NCBI GenBank assembly: GCA_034780895.1
Contig: JAUZTB010000027.1
Coordinates: 15,456,569 to 15,520,568, forward strand
Direction of reading: 5' to 3'
DNA from: Rhynchobatus australiae
Lineage: Eukaryota
DNA length: 64,000 nt
Part shown: in pieces, positions 1 through 13,546 of the stretch
How the letters are laid out: each line of letters begins with the position of its first letter
How positions within the stretch are numbered: the stretch's first letter is position 1
The notes under the pieces: model-generated
What the model saw: the letters and a program-made list of their open reading frames with translations, nothing else
What the model was told of the DNA's origin: nothing
The model's database searches: none
Made by a program: the position numbers and the translations under genes

Positions 1-644
1 ACTTCAGTTGTTCAAGCAAACTTACATTATTAGCTTTTGAGGTTCCAAATAAACTCGAAGAACACAGGCATTTTATTTTTGTGCATTTGAAAGCAGCATT
101 ATTAACATTTTGGTAGATTAGCCTGCATGTCCACCAAATTTATCATGTACACTTCTGGGTGAAGAGAAAGCTGCCATGGCTCTGGAAAGCGTCATGAAGC
201 CCTGAAGGCCCTGCCTTTAACTGTTCTCCAGGATTTGTCTCCTACAATGTGCACACACAGTGCTTTGTCCATTTGCAGTGATGCAAATAATTGTAAAAGA
301 GACATGCACCCATCATTTCCAAAAAATTGCACTGATATAAAGATCAAACTAGGAGTAAATACTTAACTATATTATACTGAGCAATATAACTTAGCAGCAC
401 TGCTGTAAATAACTATATTTCTGCCCTTAAACAAAATATTAAATTTATTATGTACAATAATGAGAGGAATGTTCAAACCAGAGTCCACTTTTTTTGGCAA
501 ATGAGATGCAAGGTTTGTAGTCTGAGTTTGGTGTTTGATACTTCATGTGATGAAGATGATCACTATTGTTAAGTGCGCACAGTTTTCGTAAATGTTTCTT
601 ACGCTGGTGCTTCCAGAATAGTTCTGTCATAACTACTTTCTCAC

Positions 645-696
645 TCATGCCACAGCAAATATTCTGAAGGCTTTTCCATCAGGAGGATTTTTTATA
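645..696 (-). CDS. CRISPLD2: CRISPLD2 last coding exon: (S)IKNPPDGKAFRIFAVA*
   Basis: Acceptor AG at 698-697, TGA at 647-645. Matches the CRISPLD C-terminus GKAFRIFAV. Confidence 0.93.
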
Positions 697-1223
697 CTGG
701 AAGAGAACAAAAGCCATTGCCTCATTAGTATCTAGACAAAGTTAGTTAAATATACCAGACTTGCTACCTTGCATTTTCACAGAAACCTTGCAATTCAAAT
801 GAAAAGGCTTTTTGCATGGTAAAGTGGTCTGTCCTACACAATTCGAGAAAAGCAGTGGAGGTGCAGGAGATGGTAAGTCTTGGAAAATTTTTGGCAAATG
901 CTGAGTTCTTAAAATATGAACATCCTGAAGATTTGCCATTCCCATTTTGCAACAATGCCCAGAGCAAAAATATGACCTTTAGGTTTTTTTAACCTTTGTT
1001 TAGAAGAGTTAGTTTATGTTCCATCAACATAAAAGAACATCAAGTTGCACGGCTCCATCCTATATCCAAATTTAATTGGAACTCGCACCTTCTTCAGATG
1101 GAAGCTTCTGCCAACTGGCCCAACCCCATCAAGCACAAGAGCTACCAAATCCTTAATGCACCATCTACACCCATGCCAGAAGCTTAAATAATAATTAAAT
1201 CCTTGATCTAATTCAGCAAAATA

Positions 1224-1385
1224 GGGCAGCATGGTAGTGTAGCAGTCATTGCTGCTGCCTCAAAACTCCAGAGATCTTAGTTCAATCCTAACTGCAGTGC
1301 TGTGTGTGTGGAGTTTGCACATTCTTCCTGCGATTGTATGGGTTTCCCCGGGTGCCCAGTTTGCTCCCACATCAATTGACTGCTG
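1224..1385 (+). mobile_element. tRNA-derived V-SINE (HE1-like) head and core
   Basis: A/B-box-like head followed by the V-domain TGTGTGGAGTTTGCACATTCT...GGGTTTCCCCGGGTGC...CTCCCACA. Confidence 0.7.
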
Positions 1386-1399
1386 TATATTACTCCTTA

Positions 1400-1800
1400 G
1401 TGGCAAAAGAATCAAAGCACGGTAGATGTAGGAGTGTGTGCAGGGGCCAAGGCAGATCATGCCATACCATACATAAATACATTGAGGTAATATTAAGAAA
1501 ACAGAATGTAGTGTTGCAGCAGAGAAAGTGCAGCACCAGTAAACAAGTAAAGTGCAGGGGCTACAAGAGGTAGATTGAGAGATCAAGTATTCATCTTTAG
1601 CGTACGAGAGGTCTCTTCAAGAGTCTGAACAGCAGGATAGAAGCTGTCCTTGAGTCTGGTGGGTACGTGCTTTCAAGCTTTTGTATCTTCTGCCCAGTGG
1701 GAACTGGGAGAAGACGGAATGACTGGGATGGGAGGTGTCCTTGATTATATTGCCTGCTTTCCCAGTGGAAGTGTAGATGTAGTAAATGGAGGGGAGGCTG
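1400..1800 (-). mobile_element. Rex1/Babar-type LINE 3' fragment
   Basis: Minus-strand translation IIKDTSHPSHSVFSQFPLGRRYKSLKART resembles the Rex-Babar C-terminus (DPSHP...LPSGRRYRS). Confidence 0.65.
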
Positions 1801-2779
1801 GTTTGAGAAGTCAACAAGCACAAGCCCAACCTGCTTGCACTTTGGCTGGGGCTCCAGGCAGCACTGGAACTTGCATTTGTTATGGAATGGGTATAAAATC
1901 AGGATCAGGAGACTAGCACATGGTGTTGGCAGGGATCAGGGGAAAGTATCCAGACCAACAGCATATCACGGAGAGGAAGGAAAATATTTGGACCTGGCCT
2001 TTCTGCACTGTCAGGGGGAGGGCAGAAGGAGGGCACAGACAGGAAGGGAGGTGTGGTGAAGGGAACCTAGAATGAAGCAAGCAATTTAATTGCCTGACGA
2101 TATCCCAGTTCAGCTCTGTGCAAGTAAGACTATGTTATAATGGAAGTTTCCAATATTGGTTACTCCCAAGACAATATGTCCAAGTTACCTTTCAATACTC
2201 CAGAAAGAGTATTGTAGAGGAAATGACACTATCCTGAACATCCCTGATGCAGAAATCACTTCAGGGTCACTTCAAGACAAACAGATACCAGGAAGTACCT
2301 GGTCAAATTTCTAGAGACATTAAACAATCTGAAAACAGTCAACATTGTGTTTCACTGAAGAAAAAAAAGATTTTCAGTTGTATAATGCTGATAAAATGTG
2401 TTATATAATTGAACTTCAAGGAAACATTTCTGCAATTACCAATTTAAATGTGCAACAGTATTAATACAGAAATGTCAAATAGTCTTAATTTCAATGGACA
2501 TTTAATTAGGATTACTAATAGAGCAAGGAAGAGGAAATTCCAAATTCAGGGATTGTTCAGATCAGATTTGCACCTGAAGTTCTAACTGAGGTTGCAATAA
2601 CTTAGTAAATAACAACTATTCCCTATCCACCAGATTATATTATTTTGTTTCTTCAAGAATACTTCTTCCCAAATATTTCCCTTCACCTCAGCTTGCTCTG
2701 TGTCAGCATTTTACAAGAATTAAATTTCCAAACTGCAATGACCAGTTGTGCGTTTTTCATCAACTTTTCTGATGTTTAC

Positions 2780-2913
2780 CTCTCTGACTGAATTCCATTT
2801 TTGGAGGTCCCTTTATATCGGTTCTTCTTCTCCACTGGCATCACATCCACAAGTCCTCCAATGTGGTTCTTAATCACACCAGCATGCACCGCTGTTCGAC
2901 AGATACTGGATCT
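2780..2913 (-). CDS. CRISPLD2: CRISPLD2 exon, LCCL2: [44 protein letters not shown]
   Basis: 134 nt, AG/GT flanks, LCCL signature SSICxxAVHAGV. Confidence 0.95.
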
Positions 2914-3017
2914 CTAGAAGATTAGCAGAAAAATGAGTTGAACCCTTCAGTGCTCTGTACAGCTCAGCTCTTTCAGATATCTGCAGTTAAAAATTCTACT
3001 TCTATACGGCAAAGATA

Positions 3018-3178
3018 AAATCAGAATCAGGTTTATTATCACAGACATATGTCATGAAATTTGTTGTTTTGTGGCAGCAGTATAATGTAAGACATAAAAA
3101 TTACTATAAGTTACAAACTAAATAAATAGTGCAAAAGAGGAATAATGAGATAGTGTTCACAGACCGTTCAGAAATCTT
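3018..3178 (-). mobile_element. LINE 3' tail fragment (Rex-like) ending in AATAAA and short TTCTGA repeats
   Basis: ATCAGAATCAGGTTTATT terminus is typical of fish and shark LINE tails. Confidence 0.45.
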
Positions 3179-4881
3179 TGATTACTTTATTTTAATTTAA
3201 TTTTATTTTAACTTTGAGTCTTTATGTTACAATTCACTCTCAGGAATGAAAATCTTTTTTTTTGCCATTTGCCTCCAATACATTTGTCACAATCTTAACT
3301 TGGTAAGAAAGTGTTTTATCAATTTTGATGTAGAGTGCTAGTGATCTCATTTCCTGCCTCAAAAGATACGACTCTCCAGTTCATCCTGTTATCTCAGTTT
3401 AGCCTGTTGGGTGACACCAGGAAGTCGGAAGGAAAGGCACCACCATCCTTCCTAAATGTGGCAAGTAGAATGAGAGGACGTAAAAGAATGGGGTTTCCTC
3501 ATTCCAAATTGAAGAAGGTTATTTTGCTTTTGCTGTTGTTATGTAAGAATACAGGAAAGAGTTTCAGGCTGACCTCATGCCACTGAGTTGAATAGAATAA
3601 TACTTCCACTAGATATTGATGGATTCTGCTGTGATCAATTCAAATTAAGTTGTGCTTCATATACTGTTCAAAATGTGGTATTTGGTGCATTTTAAGTACT
3701 GTATACCCTAACTGTGAAGTACACAAGTTCCTCCTCCCGAAAGCCTGTGCTACATTCCAGTTGACAGAAAGCATCATATGTGCACCGTACAATGTCAAGT
3801 GTGCCAAGAGCTAACTAATGAATAAGGACTCAAAACCCATAGCTTTTCTGCTAATTTATGCTTGCCAACACAGTTCATTTGTTTAGGCTTCCCTGTGTAC
3901 ATTAAAATAGTTTTTATGCATCCTCTCAGTTAGTAGAGCGAACAAGAGGCTGGCCAAGGATGACTAAAGCTGCTATTTACAGGCACTCTAATCCATTTAC
4001 ATAATGCCAGCCATGTGACCATTTACAGTGAAATTATAAGAAGTTATTCTTAATACAGCTCACTGATCACAAAAGACAGAAGACAGGAGGAATAAGCTTT
4101 CAGGTTTGAAAATGTTTAATATTTAGTTTTCTACAGAATTTAAAGCCAAAGATTAATCCTGATCCCTTGGGCTAATATGTAATACTTCCTAAATAAGCTG
4201 GGAACACAGACCCTTCCTGGCCAAGACCCAAAAAAAGCCTGAGAATACAAAAATATATTCACCACAATGCCAATAAGGCTTGAATGCAAACTTACCTTAG
4301 TTAATCAGTCCACCATTGACTGAAAAGAAACCCTTCATTCTATTAGTCAAATCAGAATTCACTAAACCTCCCCCCAACCGCCCCGATCCCCTCCAAACCC
4401 ACTTGTACTAAACAATCACAAACTGGCAGAGATCAGAGATTTTGTAACTTTATCATTAAGACTCAGGTGACTTTACCTCACTGGAGTTTTATACCTCAAA
4501 AAGCAATCACTTGCAGGTTCTCCCCCCATTATTCCTCACAACCAAGGACAAGTGAAGGAAAAGCCTCCAAGATGCACAGATCTACTTTGATAAACAACTT
4601 CCACCCATTAACAACCTTTAAGGCAAAAATGATCCCAATAGGAAACCCACTGGTAACTGTAGAGTTGGGGAGAGGGACTAAAAACATGCCCAAAATGATA
4701 GCTTTGAGAAAGCTTTTGAAGGTAAGATGAGCAAGAACAAAGCAGAGGTGCATGAAGAGATTGCTTGTGATTGATCCAGAGCCAAGATAGATAGAAGGCC
4801 TAGAAGTGGACATGAGGAAATGAACTGTGGTAATACAATGGTGACTGCAATTAGAAAAGCATTCTTAATGCCACACTTTGG

Positions 4882-5162
4882 AGACACAAGAGATTCTGCA
4901 GATGTTGTAATCTGGAGCAACACACACAAAATGCTGGAGGAACTCAGCAGGTCTGGCAGCATCGACATAAACAGTCGACATTTCGGGTCGAGACCCTTCA
5001 TCAGGCCCCTTCATCTCGGCACCGGCCACTTCCAGGCTGTGGCTCCCACCACCTCCGGCTCCAACAGTCCTGATGAAAGGTCTCGACCTGAAACGTTGAC
5101 TGTTTATTTCCTTCCATAGATGCTGCCTGGCTTGCTGAGTTCCTCCAGCATTTTGTGTGCAT
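4882..5162. mobile_element. Non-autonomous Penelope-derived element with inverted arms and two hammerhead motifs; 13-bp TSD
   Basis: Arms about 4915-5005 and 5069-5165 are reverse complements. TGCCACACTTTGG is repeated at 4869-4881 and 5163-5175. Confidence 0.8.
5063..5104 (+). ncRNA. Minimal type-I hammerhead ribozyme motif
   Basis: AACAGTC-CTGATGA-A-AGGT(CTCG)ACCT-GAAAC-GTT-GACTGTT: 7-bp stem I, conserved core, stem II, palindromic AACGTT in place of stem III. Confidence 0.7.
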
Positions 5163-5214
5163 TGCCACACTTTGGGACATACAACTACATTAGAGATGCT
5201 TTATAAGTGCAAGA

Positions 5215-5560
5215 TTAGGCTGTCCAATGAATGCACTCAGGTCTTTTTCACCCCCAGAGTTGGGGTATCAAGAACTAGAGGAGGACATAGATTTAAGGTG
5301 AGAAGGGAAAGATTTAAGAGGAACTTGAGGGGCAACTTTTTTTTTACACAAAGGGTGGTAGCTCTGTGGAATCAGCTGCCAGAAAAAATGATTGACGCAG
5401 GTACAGACTTTTAAAAGACAGTTGGACAGGTTCATGGATTGGAAAGGTTTAGGAGGTTATGGGCCAAACGCTGGTAAATGGGACAAGGTTGGATGGGGCA
5501 TCTTGGTCGGCATGGACCAATTGGGCTGAAGGACCTGTTTCCGTGCTGTATGACTCCATG
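5215..5560 (+). mobile_element. CR1 (HER1-like) LINE 3' fragment
   Basis: SRTRGGHRFKVRRERFKRNLRGNFFFTQRVVALWNQLPE (CR1 ORF2 C-terminus) plus the GGGCTGAAGGACCTGTTTCCGTGCTGTATGACTC tail. Confidence 0.85.
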
Positions 5561-8500
5561 TCCTGTTGGTTGGAGAAAATTACAGAATTTAGAAAAGGGA
5601 GGAAATTTGCAGGGAAGGGAACCAGAAGACAAGGATGAGTCTGAAAACAAGCTCAGACATTAAGGATAGCATGTGAACAGAAGAACTTGGAATGAGTTGT
5701 GGCTTAATTAAGGTGGAACTTGCAATGCTGACAAGGAAAACATTAACACAGCAATGCCTGGAGGTGTGGATAAGAGACCCAGCAACTATGAGGGAGAGAT
5801 ATGGAGTGGAGACATGCAATGCTGGACCAGTGGAATGAAGCCATTTTGGTGATGGTCGGGAAATGGGATTTGAACTTGAGCTCAAATCAAACAGCACAAG
5901 CAGGATGTGTACACCACAGTGCAGCATTTGTGGAAGTGTTGAAGAGAAGACAATATGCAAAAATTCTGATGGAAGCAGAACAGCCTTGCCATTGTTATTA
6001 TTTATCAACAACTCGATGGTCCAGAGGGAATCTGGTAGTCCCCAGTGGCTGGGTGATGATTAAGAATTCCTGCATGGACCCATAAGATACATATGAAATC
6101 TGAACAATACATGGAGACGTTGTCACCCGAGGGCAACAGTGTCAGTGAAGGAAACTAAAGAGCCAATTTATATCATTGAAGAGCCAAGAATATTTGGACA
6201 CTTCTGATGAAGACACAAGTGTCTTCAAACACCATGTCTAAATTCAAGTATTAATATGCAAGTCTAATGTGTCCCAGTGTAAATATAAAGTCAGGCGTCC
6301 TGTTATCATTACCACTTTGCAGTTCAGAAATAGGAAGAATTTGTTTATTGCCGGGATCATAATTCAGCATAGGGAAGTTACTTTGGTGTCACAAATTTAC
6401 TTAAATATGAACAATACAGAATAGTTAAGTTTCCTAACTGTTAAATAATAAAGCAACCATAATCTTTGGTCAAGATGACATGGCTCTGAGTGTACTACAA
6501 TAAAAAGAACTGGTCGTATCCTTAAGAAATGTTATTACATTCCAGCTAGACAACATTAATGTCTCATTGTTCTTTTGCTATCTTGGACATTGGTGAAGAA
6601 GCTGTACTCAATTGCTGGCATTGCTCCACCCGTCAGCCATGATTTACTGCCACTGGGTATAGAAGAGTACTCTAGAGATGTGCAGGAATGCGTTTACTTT
6701 NNNNNNNNNNNNNNNNNNNNNNNNNNNNNNNNNNNNNNNNNNNNNNNNNNNNNNNNNNNNNNNNNNNNNNNNNNNNNNNNNNNNNNNNNNNNNNNNNNNN
6801 NNNNNNNNNNNNNNNNNNNNNNNNNNNNNNNNNNNNNNNNNNNAGGGACAAACTTATTTTGCATTTAATCTTAAATGGTATCGATCCTTAATCTGGAGTC
6901 ATTTAAATTATCAGTTTGAAATGACACACTAAATTTTTTTGCTATAATAGACCAAGGAGAGTGATCCACATGCGAATACTGTTACTTTATTTTGTTGTTT
7001 CAGGTTTGCTAACATAATTCAACAATGTTAATGTGCATTCTGTCATAGGGAGCAAAATAGTATTGAATGGATTAAAATGGAGACAATGTGAACGTGAGTA
7101 GGATTCAACATCAGACACAGTAACGTCATTATGTCCTTTTCTTAAAAAAAAGAACAGTGGGTTTGGATTTTTACCAGTTTGTATGGATTTATCTAGTTTG
7201 CAGGTAAATGTGTCCATGTGGACAACCTAACCATTCAAACTTCTTAACTATGTCTAACCAATGCACAATAATTAATAAAATTTGGAACTGCTTGGTTAAA
7301 CTGCAGAAAGTATGTCAGGAAAGTCATTGATCAAACAGAAACTGCTTGTATCAGACCACACTATTTGATTCTTGGTCTATTCTGATCACCATAGCACAAG
7401 CAACTCATTGATGCAGTGAAGACATAAGAGAAAAGAGCCAAGCACTGCTTCCTTTTGAGTCTGAATTATGATGGAAAATGGGAGATACTTTGTCTTTTTG
7501 GTCGAGAAAGGAGTGTCAATGTGATAACTATATAGAGGTGTATAAAAATAGTGAAGGGGGAAGTCACTGATAAAACTGGTAAGAAGTTCAGAGAAAAGGT
7601 CTTTACCCAAGTCCTGATAGAATGTTGAACTTGCTACAACAAGAGACAACATGCATGCATGCATTTGCCGGGCTCAGACAAAATAAATTAAGGACAAACA
7701 CCTCCTATTGGTGGAATAGTTAAGGACCAGAATATGGATGTTACACTGAATGGGAAAAGTACCAAGGGAATGCTAGTCAAAACCCAGAAACAAATCAGGA
7801 AAAATATGCTGTTGCAATTGAGAACTTTGGGCTCCCTCTTGGTTGAATTCAGACAGGACACATTACGTGATCTCATATCCAGCTCATCCCAAAATGCAGC
7901 AATGAGCTGATTTAGATTTCCTGGATGGAATCTTGTTAAGAGAGTGCTTCTAGGAAAAATAGTCACTAACTAAAATGCTAATATTTGTACTGATATGAAT
8001 GTGCAGGGAATGGAGGGATATGGATCATATGCAGGCAGAAGAGATTTAGTTCAATTTGGCATCGTGTTTGGTGCAGACATAGTAGGCTGAAAGGCCTTTT
8101 CCATGTTCTTTGTGCACTACATATAGCAGACAATCATGGAGACATCTATCCCTGTGTAATTACAAATATGTTGGAATCAAAACCTGTCCATGAACAGAAT
8201 TGCAATTCTGTTCTGAGGTAGTACTCCCTATTAAAAGAGCTACTTCTTTCTTCCCACGAGGTAGTTGAATTCACCCCTAACCAATGCTAAAACATCACAA
8301 GAAATTTAAGGGGAAACTAATGTTTAAAACACATGCTTTGAGCAGGGTAATTTCCTTGTTAGTGGAACATTATCATTCTAGCAAAATTTGTTGTTTTAAC
8401 ATGAAGTTCAGCGAATGGCAATAACAACTTGGCTCACCTCTTCCTTATAAATTTCTCCCACTCAAATAACATAACTGCATTTCTTTCCTTGCCAACATTT

Positions 8501-10289
8501 CCCTCTCCTTTACAGCAATGTTTATGTTGCCATAGTCTGTTCATATGAAACTTTTATTGCTTTCTCTCATTTCTAGCTACACGTTCACTTTTAGCCTAGT
8601 TATCACACAGCCCACCCTTCCACTCCTTTGACACACAGACCATCTGACATTGCTTAATGAATTTGCTTCTGACAAACCACAATTCATTGTGTGCCCTACA
8701 AATGGAAAATCATTCCTTTCATCTCTTTAATAATGTGGTCTGGTAGAATTAAGCAAGTCCCATAAAAGCTGTTCATTAAGGGGAACGCAATGGATTAATT
8801 CTGCGAACATCAGCAGGAGTATCTCCTTGGTTGAGTAACTATGCCATCCCAGTGGTCCTTAAAGCAAAACTGAACATGCTTGCTTCAGAATATATGTCAA
8901 TGCGTTAAGGATGGCACCATCAAATAACTACTTTATGAACACGTCTGATCATCTGGTGTAGCTAATACAAGTGAAGCATGGGCTAAGATAGATGGAGATT
9001 ATTATTAGACTAAAATAGATATTAGTCTGCATCTGAATTCTGGGATTTGACACTTAATAATGTCCTGAATTGAGGACATGAAAGCTACATGGTAGATGAA
9101 GAAAATCAGAAACATAACCAACTTTTTCTATTAATATTACACATGGGAATTGATAAAGATTTTGATAAAGAGATTTGAATAAAATTTCATTAAATGTAAT
9201 TATTAAATCAAGGCATGTTGGCATTACCACACATGTAAATACTCATTAAATTCTGAATCTGTCATGTCTATTTAAATTTGAAAGGCTTCACTGATAAACG
9301 TCTAATTTTCTATTGAACTTTTCTGGCTTTGTTCTTGCTACAGACAGAGATGCAATTGTTAAACTCAATTCCTATAATTACAGACAAACTGAGGGACATA
9401 TAACACAGACTTCACATTAAATGGAAAAAGGAACTTTACTTAAGGATTCAGATTAACTTGTTCAATAGTTCTTCTGCCATACTTCTGCAAATTGCCTTTT
9501 TATTCTAATTCACTGTTTCATTTTCAGTTTGTATTCAAATCCCCAGATCTCTTTTACTGATTTCTTTTTCATTTTACAAACAATTTAGGACATTCATCAA
9601 TTATTATACAAAATTCTACATCAGTTCAAGTAGAATTTGAGGCCTAGGGAAGGGAGTGCAATCAAATCTAATGCATCTGCCAGAGAGTATCTGTCTGCTG
9701 TGGATGCAGCCACCAATGAAGAAATACATCAATATCTTCAGGAATTTTCTTTGCTCTTACGCTCTATGTACTAGCAGTGAAATAAGAACACAAGAGGGGC
9801 ACAGAATAGAACACCATCTCCTGGAATGAACCAGTATTGAAACCACAAATGGCCTTCAAATACAAAAACAAAACTCAGAAAGTGATTAACCTCCNNNNNN
9901 NNNNNNNNNNNNNNNNNNNNNNNNNNNNNNNNNNNNNNNNNNNNNNNNNNNNNNNNNNNNNNNNNNNNNNNNNNNNNNNNNNNNNNNNNNNNNNNNNNNN
10001 NNNNNNNNNNNNNNNNNNNNNNNNNNNNNNNNNNNNNNNNNNNNNNNNNNNNNNNNNNNNNNACAGATTTTCTTTTCCAATAGGATATTACATTGGATTA
10101 GCATCAAAAATCAAGAAAGCAAACATAGGCCATCATTACCACAAAAGGGGAGGGAGGGGGTAGATTGTGACATCTAGTCTTCTTGCTGTGGCTGTATTGT
10201 ATAACTTGAGGTCGTTCCCAAAAATGCTGAGGCAAACATCTACATTTGCTAACAGGATCTCGATAATTAAAAAAATACAGTGAACTTAC

Positions 10290-10365
10290 GTCAGAATAAA
10301 TGTTGTTGCCAATGACCCGTGCCCAGAAGGGAAACTCCTCTAAACAGTTTGGTGGACAGTTAATC
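10290..10365 (-). CDS. CRISPLD2: CRISPLD2 exon: (R)INCPPNCLEEFPFWARVIGNNIYSD
   Basis: 76 nt, AG/GTAAG flanks, CPxxC...GxxIY LCCL motif. Confidence 0.94.
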
Positions 10366-12303
10366 CTACAAATCAAAGAAATTAGTCTCTGAATTGATTA
10401 TTGCACAATACAATATCCATTACAGAACTTAATTGCACTAACGATTTCAAGTTTGCAAACATAATGCCTGATATAAAAAAATCTTCAACTTAAACGCATT
10501 AGCAATCTTGCATAAAGTTTTTAAAAGCAATCAACTGTAGCAGTAATAACAGAAAGTGACATGTGGAAACAAGTTCTTGGTAATGTAACTCACAAAAGGG
10601 CTAGAACGGTATGACTTTTGTATTACACTTTACATCAAGTGGTTTAGCTGGAGAGTGCTTACAGTGGCGTGACATAGCCAAGTTTGACTCAGTGATTGAC
10701 ATCCACAACAATGGGTAAAGATGCAGCATCATTATTGATCTTAATATCCCAAGGTGCTCAATGAGTGGAAATACACAGGGAAAACAGATGCCTAGCCTTT
10801 AAGCAAGAGATTTGTGGGGATGATAGTAAGGATAGTTTTTGAGAAATCTTTAACCGAGAGAGGTAAGTGAGGAGGAAAGAGAGGTCCAGAGACTGGGGCA
10901 GAGACTGTTGACAGCCTATTACCTCTTGAGGGACAAAGGGAAAGAGACACACGTAAGAAGCATCAGAGGATTGCAGTTTGCTTGAGGATGGGAACAATAT
11001 TGCTGGAGGAGGCTGAGGAGATATGCAAAACAACATTAAGATGAGGATTCTGAACAAAGAGCCAACATAGGTGAATAATTTAAGCTTGAGAAATATGGTG
11101 TTTGTCTATTGTACATGTGAAAGATGTGGACAGCAAGAAGGGTATTAGAGTAACCAAATGCAAAATGATCAAAGAATTGCAAAGGACTTTAAAATGGTAG
11201 AGCAGGAGGATGGTTGGAGATGGGAAACGTAACTGATGGACTGGATAAGGGATCTGAAATTCAAAATAAATAGAAGCACCTGATGTGGAGTCAGTACAAA
11301 GGGAAAATTTAGGGTGGATATTCTGATTTTCCTGATCTTCACTTGAGGAAGCTGCAGCCTGCAACGGGCAGCCTGATGGTGGGAAAGATACTGTGCGGAC
11401 AAGAGGGGTGGTAGAGACTGCCCCACTAACTGCAAATAAATGGCAAATGAGAAAAGGCCAAGAATGGATGCATGGAAGACGAGCAAAGTTATGGAGTTAG
11501 AGCCACAGAGCAAACCATTATTATGATGCATTGACCTTGTTTGGAGAGATTTAAGTAGAACCAAGTAGTTGGAAGATGCAAAGGAGGAAGATCCCACACT
11601 CAACCTTGAATAGAAGTACTACTAAGAACAGTGAAATAATAAATTCTGCATTAAATGGGAACAAATAACATATTCCAAGCAATGTCCTTGGATGTGGTTA
11701 ATACTGCATCATTGATTATAATGAAGGAGTACTAATCACCAGCTTTGGCCAGACAATTCAATTTTATTGTTTGAAAATGGCAACATCTGCACGCATGAGC
11801 CATAGAATGATGTTTTCATTGGTTATGAGGCAAGTACACTGAAGATTCCAAACTGTAGCATTATATTAACACAGAGTACTTCCAAAACAAAAATTGGGAG
11901 TAGCTAACATGTCAATTCCTATACTACAACAGTTACTGCACTTTGGAACAACATCATTGACCATAAAACACTGAAAAGTTTTGAGGTCAAGAATGCATTG
12001 TATAAAAGGATATTTTTCCTTTTTCTCATAACCTACCTGATTATCTTAATCCAAATTTCACTAGACAACTAGTGGATTATCACTGCAGGGTATTCTCACC
12101 CTTCTTAAGGTTTGTTTAACAAGTTTATGAAGCACAGTTATAGTGGAAGAAAGGTTTGAAAGTAGATTTTAATCCATGTAAAAAGCCACCTCTTAATAAA
12201 AATAAAATACATAATCTATTAGTATAGCTCTTCTTAACCAACCATAAAGTTATTCTGAGTAACGTAGGGAATAAGTAGCAAATAGATGTTCTTGCCAACT
12301 TAC

Positions 12304-12376
12304 CTTGGACAATGTGTAGCTGGCTTACTGTAAGGACAGAGCTGAGCCACTGTGGTATAGCAGTCAACTGACCGGG
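12304..12376 (-). CDS. CRISPLD2: CRISPLD2 exon: (T)[23 protein letters not shown]
   Basis: 73 nt, AG/GTAAG flanks. [18 protein letters not shown] is typical of CRISPLD2. Confidence 0.94.
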
Positions 12377-12477
12377 CTGGTAATGCAAAATGATAAAATT
12401 ACATTCAGTACACTGGAAATACTTAAAGTTTAAAAAAAAGCCTTTTGAAACATTAAAATTTGAAAAAGTTATCTTAC

Positions 12478-12521
12478 TGGTCACTTCTGAAACAGTAAAT
12501 CCATTGGCTTGCTTGAACTTG
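12478..12521 (-). CDS. CRISPLD2: CRISPLD2 exon: (S)KFKQANGFTVSEVT
   Basis: 44 nt, AG/GTAAG flanks, phases fit both neighbours. Confidence 0.9.
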
Positions 12522-13412
12522 CTGTAAATAAATATTACACAAGTTAAACTAAACATTAGGGTTGGCTTATGAAGTCACAGTGATCTTAACTATTGTTGTT
12601 ACACCTGCCTATCAATTAATCAGATATTACATACAGTACTGGAACATAACCAAAAATGAACCACTGAATCTCACTAGACCTGCCTAAACTCTGTTATTCT
12701 GTCTCCTGATGAACTGTTATTGGCAAGAAAACCACAAACAGCCAATAATAAACAGATTAATTGTGCACAATCACCTCATCCCAAATCCCTCAAATTGAGC
12801 GAGTGTGTATGTGTGTGCATATGTGAATGTGTGCAAGGAAGGAAGATGGAGCTGTTATAAACAATCAATAATCCAGATATTTCTTAGGTTTATTTTCCAA
12901 ACTCCTGCCAACATAAGGGCAAGAGGCCAGAAAAAACTGCGCAGCCTCAATTCTTCAAGTGTTTATTCAGCTGACAGATATTGCCCTGCAAGATAATGGG
13001 GATAAGTCCCACAATGGACACAAGTCCTTTGGGCCTTGAGTTGTAACCCTCTAAATGTGGGTTACCCCATTTGTTACCACACTGTACCAAACCTTCAGCT
13101 CGCATCTCATACTATAGGAACTTGGATCCAGGTGCATGCATGCCGATTTTTATTTCTTACTAGGCTACCTACTTTGATATCCAGCAAATTAGTACATCAC
13201 ACCCAGCATCTATATTACACAGTTCTTGTTGGTGTTTGCCCTCCAGATAAGCAATAATCCTAATCCATTTATGTTTAGAACATCAATTTAAATTGTTATC
13301 TGAAGGAAAACTGAAAATTCAAATGGACTAGTTTATGGATAACCATTTTGTTGCAGGAAAGTCAAAAAACAGGGAAAATGTATCAAAAGCATTAAATTCA
13401 GGATGCTCTTAC

Positions 13413-13546
13413 CTTAGAGACTGAACATGATTTCTGGTAGACTTGACAAAAAATGGGATTTTTCTTTTCCGAGTGATATCCACAAACCCACCATCTTCAT
13501 TCTTAATAATCCCTTGGTGTATTGCAGCTCGACAAATACTGGATTG
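13413..13546 (-). CDS. CRISPLD2: CRISPLD2 exon, LCCL1: [44 protein letters not shown]
   Basis: 134 nt, AG/GTAAG flanks, LCCL signature. Confidence 0.95.
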
